Positions 44,036 through 52,871 of a DNA stretch of 64,000 bases are shown one piece after another (the first letter of the stretch is position 1; every line of letters begins with the position of its first letter). The translations under genes and the position numbers were made by a program. Below the pieces are notes generated by a model, which worked only from the letters and a program-made list of their open reading frames with translations, was not told the origin of the DNA and made no database searches. This DNA is from Bacillota bacterium (lineage in GTDB: Bacteria; Bacillota; Dethiobacteria; DTU022): the NCBI GenBank assembly GCA_029552125.1, contig JAKPEE010000091.1, forward strand, positions 259 through 64,258, written 5' to 3'.

Positions 44036-45424
44036 ATGGAAAAAGTTGAAATAGGAAAACGGCGCTGGTTGTTTTTGCCCGTAGAAACGATAGCCCGGGA
44101 ACTCACCGCCAAAACCCTGCTGGCCTGTGCCATTGCCGAGAGAGGCTGGGGGGTTATTGTCGGAGAAAAAAAAGTAGTCCGCGGCAAACAGGAAAAACTG
44201 CCCCGCGGCACTTTTATTGAAAAGAGCATCTCCCCGGGAAGGATCGCCGATATTGAAAAAGCGCATGCCGCCGGCAACAGGGTATCAGCCTGGTGTGAAG
44301 AAGGTCTGGTTTATATCAACCGGGACGAATACGGACAGAGGCGGTTGGAACCGCAGTCATTCCAGGCCATTGATTATTTTTTTGCCTGGGGACGGCAGCA
44401 GGCGGAAGACATTACCGCTATACTGGGGCCCAGCGACAAAATAATCCTTTCCGGGAATCCCCGGTTCGACTTGCTGCGGCCGGAGCTGCGGAACATTTTT
44501 GCCCCGTCGGCCCAAAAGATTAAAGAGAAATTCGGTAAGATTATCCTGATCAACACCAAGTTTTCTGATGTCAACAACAATCGCGACATTCCCGATTTTG
44601 ACTTTGTTTCTTACCTATGTTCCGCGGGAAAAATCAGGACAAAAGAAGTAGAAAGCCTGATGCGCCGCTATATAGGTTTTAACAGGAAAATATTTCAGCT
44701 TTTTCAGGAGCTGGTACCTGTTCTGTCCCGGAAATATAGTGAGCATACTATAATTGTCCGACCCCATCCCTCCGAGAGCCATGCTCCCTGGCTGGAGCTG
44801 AGCCGCGATTTGCCAAATGTCCAGGTTATATTTGAAGGAAATGTAAACGAGTGGCTTATGGCCGCGGACATTATGATCCATAATAACTGCACCACGGGGA
44901 TTGAAGCTTTCTTGCTCGACCGGCCGTCGATATCGTATCGTCCGCTCCAGGATCCCGTTGTAGAGCACGAGCTGCCCAACGAAGTGAGCCTGCAGGCTTT
45001 TTCCCTGGAGGAGTTGCTGGCGCTGGTCAGCCGCTTTGCCGAGGAAGGGGATAGTATATTACCGGAAGAGCGGGAGAAACAGAAGCGGTATGCCCAACAA
45101 TACATTGCCAATATTGACGGCAATCTGGCCTGCGATACCATTGGCGATTATCTGGACAGACTTGACCTGCCGGAGGCTGCCGCCGTCTATCCACTGGATA
45201 AAGAAAATGCCGTAACCTTTAAAGACCTTAAAAGAAAAATGAAGCGACTGCTGGGAATTTCCCGAAAAAGTGATACAAGTCGCTACTATAAACAAAAGTT
45301 TCCCGGCATAACCCTGGAAGAGATGCAATCTCTCAAGGATAAATTAAGCGAAGCCTCGGGCCGCTTTGCGGATATTCGCATTGCCCCGGTGGAAGATAAT
45401 ACTTTCTGCTTTTATCGCCCGTAA
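44036..45424 (+). CDS. Putative surface-carbohydrate biosynthesis protein, possibly a CMP-ulosonic-acid transferase of the KpsC/KpsS/TagF-like GT-B type
   Basis: 462 aa. The N-terminal LFLPVETIARELTAK... and mid-protein IIVRPHPSE motifs are reminiscent of the Capsule_synth and TagF families. It sits directly after the CMP-sugar synthetase gene. Confidence 0.45.
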   Translation: MEKVEIGKRRWLFLPVETIARELTAKTLLACAIAERGWGVIVGEKKVVRGKQEKLPRGTFIEKSISPGRIADIEKAHAAGNRVSAWCEEGLVYINRDEYGQRRLEPQSFQAIDYFFAWGRQQAEDITAILGPSDKIILSGNPRFDLLRPELRNIFAPSAQKIKEKFGKIILINTKFSDVNNNRDIPDFDFVSYLCSAGKIRTKEVESLMRRYIGFNRKIFQLFQELVPVLSRKYSEHTIIVRPHPSESHAPWLELSRDLPNVQVIFEGNVNEWLMAADIMIHNNCTTGIEAFLLDRPSISYRPLQDPVVEHELPNEVSLQAFSLEELLALVSRFAEEGDSILPEEREKQKRYAQQYIANIDGNLACDTIGDYLDRLDLPEAAAVYPLDKENAVTFKDLKRKMKRLLGISRKSDTSRYYKQKFPGITLEEMQSLKDKLSEASGRFADIRIAPVEDNTFCFYRP

Positions 45425-45460
45425 ACGAGCAGGGCGCCGGGGTAAGGAACTGGCTGAAAG

Positions 45461-46273
45461 ATGCAAAGAGATAAAAAGAGAGGGTGTTTGAAAAGGATCA
45501 GCAGCAAGCTTTTCCGGTATGTGTCAACCCTGCCGGCGGAAATCTTTGTTTTGATCAAGCAGGCTGTTCACTATATGGTTTATCGGGCAGTTGCCTGGCA
45601 GGCGACGGAGCGCAGTGCCGATTTTATTACCCAGGACCTGCCGATTAAGAAAATTATTTATATCAAACCTGACCAGTTGAGCAGTTATTTGACCCGGGCC
45701 AAAGACTCCGAAGAACCCCTCTACGGCAAAGAGTTGTTTGCGGACCGGTTTGTCGTCAGCGGAGATTGGGATTTAAATTATCGTCCGATCATGCCTCATT
45801 ACTACAATCAGAATCACAAGCGGGCGATTACTTTTCGTTCCACTTTCCAGGTGTTTAGAGATGGGGTGCCATATTGGGAATGTGATGAATATAAAAAAAA
45901 GATACAAGGTGATTGCGGCTATCTCCGGATGTCTGAAATAGAGCTCGAGGAAAAATATAAAAACCTGCGCCGGCTGTTCGAGGAAATTAAGGCCGGCGGT
46001 TATAAAAGCCAAAAAGAGCTCAAAAAAAAACGCAAGCACTGGGATGATGAGATCAGGGTGGCCATCGGCAGGGATGGACAGCTTTATAAAATAGCAGAAA
46101 GCGGCAATCACAGGCTGGCCATGGCCCTGATCCTGAACATTGACCGGGTGCCCGTTTATGTGCAGGGAGTGCACCGCCAGTGGGCTTTAAAATGCCAGCA
46201 GAAACACGGCCGCCACTTGTTAGAGGCGATGAACCGGGAACTGGAGCGGATCAGCCTCAAAAAAACACCGTAA
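45461..46273 (+). CDS. Hypothetical protein with a possible ParB/sulfiredoxin-like motif
   Basis: 270 aa. The C-terminal segment IRVAIGRDGQLYKIAESGNHRLAMALILNIDRVPVYV resembles the GxHR...(I/V)PV core of ParB/Srx-fold domains. I recognise nothing else. Confidence 0.45.
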   Translation: MQRDKKRGCLKRISSKLFRYVSTLPAEIFVLIKQAVHYMVYRAVAWQATERSADFITQDLPIKKIIYIKPDQLSSYLTRAKDSEEPLYGKELFADRFVVSGDWDLNYRPIMPHYYNQNHKRAITFRSTFQVFRDGVPYWECDEYKKKIQGDCGYLRMSEIELEEKYKNLRRLFEEIKAGGYKSQKELKKKRKHWDDEIRVAIGRDGQLYKIAESGNHRLAMALILNIDRVPVYVQGVHRQWALKCQQKHGRHLLEAMNRELERISLKKTP

Positions 46274-46329
46274 AACAGGATGGCTTGAGAAAGTTCATTA
46301 TTATTGATATAAGATGATGGAGGAGTATA

Positions 46330-47067
46330 ATGTTTAAGAAAATCGCGGCTCTGGCAGGCAAAATTAAGAAACGTTCTATGAAAACCGGCGACACTTATTA
46401 CGGGGATAAGGCCAGGGAGTATCATAAAAAGAGGATCGGTTTAAAAAAGTGGCAAATCGAGCAATCAGTCGTGCAAGAGTATCTGGCGGAGGTGCCAGAC
46501 GGTTCGTCAGTGCTGGATCTACCCTTCGGTACCGGCCGGTTCGTCCCCTTTTATCTGGAAAAAGGTATGACCATCTATGGCATGGACATCAGTAACGATA
46601 TGATCGACGCCGCCAGAGAAGTCCTGGGTGATGCTTTTAACAAATGCCATATTACCGTGGGCGATGCCACGGCAGCTTTACCGTTCAGCGATAACTTTTT
46701 TGATGTTGCAGTCTGCTGGCGTTTTTTAAAGTTTTTCTCTTATAATACAGCAGCGCATATTCTTAAAGAGCTGCACCGGGTCACCAGATCCACAATCATA
46801 TTACGCATGATCGTCCGTAAAGAGGAAGCGCCTCCTGTGGGCCCGCCCAGGCGTTTAAAGAAATTAGGAGGCAACATTTATGAAAAAGATTTCCTGGAGT
46901 TGCTAAATCAGACCGGTTTTACAGTAATACAAAGAAAAAAGATCTATGATGGAGCAGAAGAAGAGTCTTACGGTTTTGAAAGTGAGAAGCAAAAAGAGAT
47001 TAAAAAAGCGAACTTAATCTTTGCTTATATGCTGAAAAAAAGATCGGATGAGCTGGATAATCAATGA
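46330..47067 (+). CDS. Class I SAM-dependent methyltransferase
   Basis: Motif I VLDLPFGTGRF and motif II/III YGMDIS..M, FDVAVCW. Confidence 0.8.
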   Translation: MFKKIAALAGKIKKRSMKTGDTYYGDKAREYHKKRIGLKKWQIEQSVVQEYLAEVPDGSSVLDLPFGTGRFVPFYLEKGMTIYGMDISNDMIDAAREVLGDAFNKCHITVGDATAALPFSDNFFDVAVCWRFLKFFSYNTAAHILKELHRVTRSTIILRMIVRKEEAPPVGPPRRLKKLGGNIYEKDFLELLNQTGFTVIQRKKIYDGAEEESYGFESEKQKEIKKANLIFAYMLKKRSDELDNQ

Positions 47068-47852
47068 AACGAATCGACTTTATCGGGTCTCCCGGAGTAG
47101 GCAAGACCACTCTTTATAACTTGTTCATGGCCCGGCGAAAGCGCCATGAGCAATGGCTCACGCCGGTGGAGGCCAAGATTAATATCGCTAAAGAGTATCT
47201 CCGTCAATGTAGTTGCTTTTCGAAGGATATGGTCCGGCTGGTTTTAATTCAGCTTATCCAGGTTAGATCGGTACAAAATAAGCTCAGCGAGAGCATATAT
47301 AATTCCCTGGCCAGCAAAGCTTTAAAAGAAAGGGTAAACTCGTGGATGCCTTTTATCGAATTGTGTAGCGAGAGCCTTGGCGATCAGGAGAAGCCTCCTT
47401 TTTATCGCTTCCAGTTGGCGAAGTGGTTCTTAAATGATTTACAGGATACAGCCCTGGTGGATTCCGCTAGAATAAATAAAACTGTTGTTTTTGACGAATC
47501 GCTATCACAAAGAGCTACAGGGCTTTTACCATGGAATATAAAGTTCATAGGGCAGCAAAGCAGGAAATATTTTAAGCTTATGCCGCCACCGGACGGGCTC
47601 ATTGTTTTGCAGGCTGAACCGGAAATAATTGTGCAAAGGATTATGGCCAGACGCCCGCAAAAAGTTAATGCGCAGCATGAAGGGCTTGTTGAAGAGGAGT
47701 TATGGGAAAGAATCAAGATTTACGCGGAGATTGTTGGCATTGGGTCAGCGGTACTCCGGGAACGGGGTGTCCAGGTGCTGGCCCTGGATGCTGAGCTGCC
47801 GGTTGAGGTCATGCTAAGCAAGTTAAACCATTTCATGCGGAATGGGCAATAA
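47064..47852 (+). CDS. P-loop NTPase/kinase-like protein, function unknown
   Basis: Walker A IGSPGVGKTTLYN at the N-terminus and a possible Walker B VVFDES. The start overlaps the upstream stop (ATGA). Confidence 0.55.
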   Translation: MKRIDFIGSPGVGKTTLYNLFMARRKRHEQWLTPVEAKINIAKEYLRQCSCFSKDMVRLVLIQLIQVRSVQNKLSESIYNSLASKALKERVNSWMPFIELCSESLGDQEKPPFYRFQLAKWFLNDLQDTALVDSARINKTVVFDESLSQRATGLLPWNIKFIGQQSRKYFKLMPPPDGLIVLQAEPEIIVQRIMARRPQKVNAQHEGLVEEELWERIKIYAEIVGIGSAVLRERGVQVLALDAELPVEVMLSKLNHFMRNGQ

Positions 47853-47917
47853 GTTTTCCTGCGATAAACAGGTCAAATTAATGAAAAACCAGTATTGCCG
47901 GAAATGAAGGAGAAATC

Positions 47918-49732
47918 ATGAGAAGTACGATTAATAAATTAAATCATATTTTAACCAGAAAAGAGAAAAGGCAACTTTTGGTTTTATTCCTGGGTATTGT
48001 GGTTAATGCATTTGTACAGGCCCTTGGTGTTGCCTCGGTTATGCCCTTTATCACCTTGATCCTGGATCCAAATCTGATTTTTAAAGAAGGATACGAATGG
48101 TTAGGAACTGCTTATAACGCTTTTAATTTTCCCAATATCCAATATTTTACTATTGCTGTCGGTGTAGCCATGTTATCGGTTATCATTTTGTCTAATGCCT
48201 TGTCAGCGATGGTCCAGTGGATGAGGATTCGCTTTGCCTGGATGAATAACCATCGATTGTCCTTGCGTCTCCTGGAGAAATACCTCTCCATGCCTTACCC
48301 CTATTTTCTTAACCGCAACAGCGCCGATTTGAGTAAAAATGTTTTGGGCGAAGTCAAACACCTTACCAACAGTTTTATGCTTCCCCTGCTCATGCTCATT
48401 ACCAGGGCTATTATGATTATCTTCATCCTGGCACTGCTGCTCTGGGTCGATATTATCATGTCGCTTTTAGCCTTAACCCTTTTAGGCGGCGCTTATGCGG
48501 CCATATATCTTAGCATCAACAAGAAGCTTAAAAAAAGAGGGGCTTTAAGACTACGGGCCAATAAGATGCGCTACAAGTCAGTCAGCGAGGCTTTTGGTGG
48601 AATTAAAGAGCTTAAAGTAATGCACCGGGAACCCTATTTTTTAAAGATGTTTTCCAAGGCGTCGAAAGAAACAGTACGCCATCTTTCCTGGAATGCCGTT
48701 GTCGGCGAGATACCCTCCTTTGCTCTTGAAGCGATTGCCTTTGGAGGGGTAACCCTTTTTCTTCTAATTCTTTTAATCACGCGGCAAGAGGTGCAACAAG
48801 TTGTCCCTTTAGTAGCCCTGTTTACGATGGCCGGTTACAAGCTAATGCCGGCTTTTCAACAGATTTTTCATTCGATTGCTCAGATGCAGTTTAACCAGGC
48901 TGTTTTAACACGCATATATCATGATATTTGTAATGCAAAAAAGCCGGACAGCGATATTCCCGTTTTCGAAAAAGTGCAGGTGCAGCGCCTGCCATTTAAA
49001 GAAGAGATCCGCCTCAATAAGGTTACCTATTATTACCCTGGCACCAGCACCCCGGTCATTCCTGATCTTGACCTGGTGATCAAACGCAACACTTCAGTAG
49101 CCCTGGTCGGTGCAACTGGAGCGGGAAAAACCACCATAGCTGATATTATTTTGGGGCTCTTAACGCCTCAGAAGGGGACTCTTACTATTGACGGGGTGCC
49201 GGTGAACGAGGCTAATTTGCATAGCTGGCAATTAAACTTGGGGTATGTGCCCCAGTTTATCTACCTCAGAGATGACACCGTGGCCAGCAATATTGCTTTC
49301 GGTTTGTCGGAAAAAGAAATAGATTGGGATACTCTGGTTTATGTGTCAAAAATAGCCAACCTCTATGATTTTATTGTTAACGAGCTGCCGAAAGGTTTTG
49401 ATACCGTGATTGGAGAACGGGGTATCCGTCTGAGCGGTGGTCAACGCCAGCGTATCGGTATCGCCCGGGCCCTCTACCACAACCCCGAGGTGATTGTCTT
49501 TGACGAAGCCACCAGCGCCCTTGACGGGATTACAGAGGATGCTGTGTTAAAGGCCATGGATAATGCCGCACGCTTAAAAACCCTCATCATTATTGCTCAC
49601 CGCCTGACCACGGTAAAAAACTGTGATGTTATCTATCTACTGGAAAAGGGTAGGATTATTGCCAGTGGCACTTACGATTATTTGCTTCAAACTAACAAGC
49701 TGTTTCGCTCAATGGCGAAAATAAATGCCTGA
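47918..49732 (+). CDS. ABC exporter, fused TMD-NBD (MsbA/PglK-like)
   Basis: A 6-TM N-terminal half, then GATGAGKTT, LSGGQRQRIGIARAL and VIVFDEATSALD. Confidence 0.9.
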   Translation: MRSTINKLNHILTRKEKRQLLVLFLGIVVNAFVQALGVASVMPFITLILDPNLIFKEGYEWLGTAYNAFNFPNIQYFTIAVGVAMLSVIILSNALSAMVQWMRIRFAWMNNHRLSLRLLEKYLSMPYPYFLNRNSADLSKNVLGEVKHLTNSFMLPLLMLITRAIMIIFILALLLWVDIIMSLLALTLLGGAYAAIYLSINKKLKKRGALRLRANKMRYKSVSEAFGGIKELKVMHREPYFLKMFSKASKETVRHLSWNAVVGEIPSFALEAIAFGGVTLFLLILLITRQEVQQVVPLVALFTMAGYKLMPAFQQIFHSIAQMQFNQAVLTRIYHDICNAKKPDSDIPVFEKVQVQRLPFKEEIRLNKVTYYYPGTSTPVIPDLDLVIKRNTSVALVGATGAGKTTIADIILGLLTPQKGTLTIDGVPVNEANLHSWQLNLGYVPQFIYLRDDTVASNIAFGLSEKEIDWDTLVYVSKIANLYDFIVNELPKGFDTVIGERGIRLSGGQRQRIGIARALYHNPEVIVFDEATSALDGITEDAVLKAMDNAARLKTLIIIAHRLTTVKNCDVIYLLEKGRIIASGTYDYLLQTNKLFRSMAKINA

Positions 49733-49785
49733 CCTAAAAACTGTATAATCAAACAGTAGGATGAATAACTCTCAGGGGGTTTAGC

Positions 49786-51597
49786 ATGAATGCCTGGATC
49801 GCAAAACTGGGTGCCGGCGGCTTTTCAAATGATGATCTAGACAAGCTTAAGCGTTCAGTGATTAGTTATCACGCCTTAAATCAGAGTATTTTTTTTGAAT
49901 ACCGCTCGCCATGTATACATTATGTATCGATCAGCACAAGCCCATCGTTTGGCGGCAAAAATTATAACCACCGGGATGAGCAAAACAAATCACTCCTGTC
50001 TTTCAGCGGGCTGCTGGTCGGCAAAGGGCTTAAGGACATCGATTATCGCTCGGCGAGAACGATAAATGAGAATTATATAAACATTGTTGATATAACAGCG
50101 CATGTAGTTGGCCAGTATGCTTTAATAAAAGCAGATGAAAATTGTTTTGAATGCCTGGTCGACTGCCTCGGGGCGCATAAAGTTTTTTACTACTCCTGTC
50201 CGGAAGATGGGACAATTATTGTTTCAAACCGCATGCCCTTCATGAAGTTGTTTAAGCCGGCTAACCCGAATATTAGCTTTCTGGTGGAAAGAATTTGCCT
50301 TAATAACACTTATGGATACACCAGTAGCGAGAAGGACGTATTAACGCTTCCAGAGTCGGGTCTCTTAACCTGGTCAAGGGCAAAGGGACTACAAATTGGG
50401 ACATATGCCAGTTTTTCCCGTTTCTTTACCCGGGAAAACAATACGGGCGATGCTCTGAGTGAAATTGTATCTGAATTCAAAGGTGCAGTAAATTATCTGA
50501 CGAGATACCATGACTGCGTGCTGCCGCTATCCGGGGGATTTGATTCACGTTTAATTCTGGATATGTTCTGGGGTGCCAATAAACAACTAAAAACTTTTAC
50601 GTATCCGGATAGTATTTATGATGTCAAAGTAGCCAGGTCTGTTGCCTCTGCGCATGGGGTTGAGCACCAGGTGCTGGTACCGGCCCCCTTGCCTTCCCTG
50701 GATGAGTTGCATGACTATGCCAGAGTGGAATATGATTTCATTAAAGGCTACAATGTTGTTTTTCAATACATTTTTTCAAATCAGATCAAGCAAGATTATT
50801 TAAACGATAATCTAAAAGTAATGATGTATGGGCATGGTGGTGATACCAGCATTAAAAAAATCTTTGATGGTAATCTTAAGGGTGAGATGCTAATCATACG
50901 TTTTGTTGAAGCCCTATTAAGCAGCGATCATATATTTACCGCTGAAGGATATGAAGAACTTAAATCAAGCTTAAGCCATTATTTTAAAGAAAAATACCTG
51001 CCCTATTTAGATGTTCCCGAACCCTATTACCGCATGTATATGATCCATTTTCAATTTGAGCACGTCCGGCCTCACGGCTGTTATGTTGTTTCTCATCATG
51101 ACCTCATGTATAGCGATGTCTATCTTCCTTTTGTCAGTGAGCTCTATATCAATACGATTTTTACTCATCCTGTTGCGCTGATGTTCCGCCAGCGCAGGCA
51201 TAGCAGATATCACCAGCTGGAGCAAAGATTGACCAACGGTAAAGCGCCGGCAATCCATTTTACCGACTCAGGCTACTGGCAACCTTCTTTTTTTGGAAAG
51301 GCCGGCCTGGTATGGCGCAAATATCGTGATCGTACATTAAAGAATCTTTATAAAGCCGCCGGTTCAAAATACGGCATCAAGTTCTCCCGGCAGGTAAGAA
51401 CGCAGTTTTTTAATCAAAACAGGAAACAATTTGAGGAAATTATATATGGCGCCTCTAGTTCCGGAATATGGGATTATATTGATCGAAATAAAATAATGAA
51501 ATTATTGGCCGGAAATAAAGAGATTGCTTACAGCCATATCACCATGCTTCTTCGACTGTTACCCGTGTTAAAAAGCGAAATGGATCGTGATCAATGA
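49786..51597 (+). CDS. Asparagine-synthetase-like PP-loop amidoligase lacking the N-terminal catalytic Cys
   Basis: 603 aa. The PP-loop VLPLSGGFDSRLI is present. The N-terminus is MNAWIAKLG rather than MCG, so there is no Ntn glutaminase nucleophile. Confidence 0.7.
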   Translation: MNAWIAKLGAGGFSNDDLDKLKRSVISYHALNQSIFFEYRSPCIHYVSISTSPSFGGKNYNHRDEQNKSLLSFSGLLVGKGLKDIDYRSARTINENYINIVDITAHVVGQYALIKADENCFECLVDCLGAHKVFYYSCPEDGTIIVSNRMPFMKLFKPANPNISFLVERICLNNTYGYTSSEKDVLTLPESGLLTWSRAKGLQIGTYASFSRFFTRENNTGDALSEIVSEFKGAVNYLTRYHDCVLPLSGGFDSRLILDMFWGANKQLKTFTYPDSIYDVKVARSVASAHGVEHQVLVPAPLPSLDELHDYARVEYDFIKGYNVVFQYIFSNQIKQDYLNDNLKVMMYGHGGDTSIKKIFDGNLKGEMLIIRFVEALLSSDHIFTAEGYEELKSSLSHYFKEKYLPYLDVPEPYYRMYMIHFQFEHVRPHGCYVVSHHDLMYSDVYLPFVSELYINTIFTHPVALMFRQRRHSRYHQLEQRLTNGKAPAIHFTDSGYWQPSFFGKAGLVWRKYRDRTLKNLYKAAGSKYGIKFSRQVRTQFFNQNRKQFEEIIYGASSSGIWDYIDRNKIMKLLAGNKEIAYSHITMLLRLLPVLKSEMDRDQ

Positions 51598-52796
51598 ACT
51601 ATGCCCATAAAGTAAATCGCAAAGAAAAGATGACGATCATACTCATTTCTGTTTACTCTGCTTACCTGGAAGACCCCGTTGGTGGAGCAGAAATTTCAAT
51701 GCGCTTACTGGCGGAACATTTAGCGGCCAGGGGCCACAAAGTGGTGTATGTCAGTAAAGATCATAAAGGCGGTTTTATTCCACGGGTAAGGCGGAAGGCA
51801 GTTAATGGGGTCACGGTATACCTTTTGCGTCTATTTCGCGGTGAGCACTTAATCCGGCCCATAAAAACTATAAATGATTATCTTTTTATGCTTTTAGTCA
51901 AGAGAATAATACGCAAATACAATGCGCAGATTGCTTACTCTACTTATGACCTGGACATGCCCACCCTTTTACTTAAACTTCGCCACCAGGTTTGCTCTTA
52001 TAAAATTGTCCTTCGCATGGCCGGAATGTACTGGAGCGAAGCCTGTGTAAAAAACCCGCTTGCACGACAGGCCTATGAAAAAATATTTAACGAAATCGAT
52101 GCGATCAACTATGTTTCTCCGGGACTGGCGGATATGGTTGAGCAAAAAATAAAAGAACTGGGCATGAAGGTCAACTTTAAACACTCTTTTACCGCGGACA
52201 TCGGCACTGTCCTGCCTCCCGGGCGGAGCCGTTCCTATATCGATCTGAATAACGATAACTTTACCATGGTTATGGCTGCCCGGTTTTCGCGGTACCAGAA
52301 AAGACAGGATTTGCTTGTTCGGGCGGTTTCGCTGATTGACCCTACTCTTCCTGTACACCTCTACCTGGTTGGTGATGGAAAAAACCGCCAGGATATTCAA
52401 CAACTAATTCAGCAGTTGAATCTGGTTGACCGGATCAGCATTATTCCGTTTATGAAACAGAACGACCTATGGCAGTTAATGCTCCGCGCCGATTTACTGT
52501 GCCATGCCTGTGATTACGAGGGTACGTCAAAAATTATACTGGAAAGCATGGCTTTGGGGTTGCCGATGCTGGTTTCCAATGTGGCCCCTGTTAGCGACTA
52601 CGTCAAAAACGGTGTCACCGGATTTCTGGTTGCCAATGAGCCGGAGGCCTGGGCCGAAAAAATTAAATGGTTGATCACCGCTAAAGCTGCCCGTGCCAGT
52701 GTTTCGCAGAATGCCATGGAGTATATAGCGGCAAATTTTAATCCGGTTGTCAACGCCGCCGTGTATGAGCAACATTTCGCCAGCCTGATCGATTAA
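51594..52796 (+). CDS. GT4 glycosyltransferase
   Basis: GGAEISMRLLAEHLAARGHKV N-terminal domain and EGTSKIILESMALGLPMLVSN (EX7E). The start overlaps the upstream stop. An alternative start is ATG 51630. Confidence 0.8.
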   Translation: MNYAHKVNRKEKMTIILISVYSAYLEDPVGGAEISMRLLAEHLAARGHKVVYVSKDHKGGFIPRVRRKAVNGVTVYLLRLFRGEHLIRPIKTINDYLFMLLVKRIIRKYNAQIAYSTYDLDMPTLLLKLRHQVCSYKIVLRMAGMYWSEACVKNPLARQAYEKIFNEIDAINYVSPGLADMVEQKIKELGMKVNFKHSFTADIGTVLPPGRSRSYIDLNNDNFTMVMAARFSRYQKRQDLLVRAVSLIDPTLPVHLYLVGDGKNRQDIQQLIQQLNLVDRISIIPFMKQNDLWQLMLRADLLCHACDYEGTSKIILESMALGLPMLVSNVAPVSDYVKNGVTGFLVANEPEAWAEKIKWLITAKAARASVSQNAMEYIAANFNPVVNAAVYEQHFASLID

Positions 52797-52871
52797 TTGG
52801 CAAAGGCGCTTTGCCGCTGCAACCCTGCCGCGCGGTAAGATTTATGGATTAAACCGGAGAGAGGATGGGCC

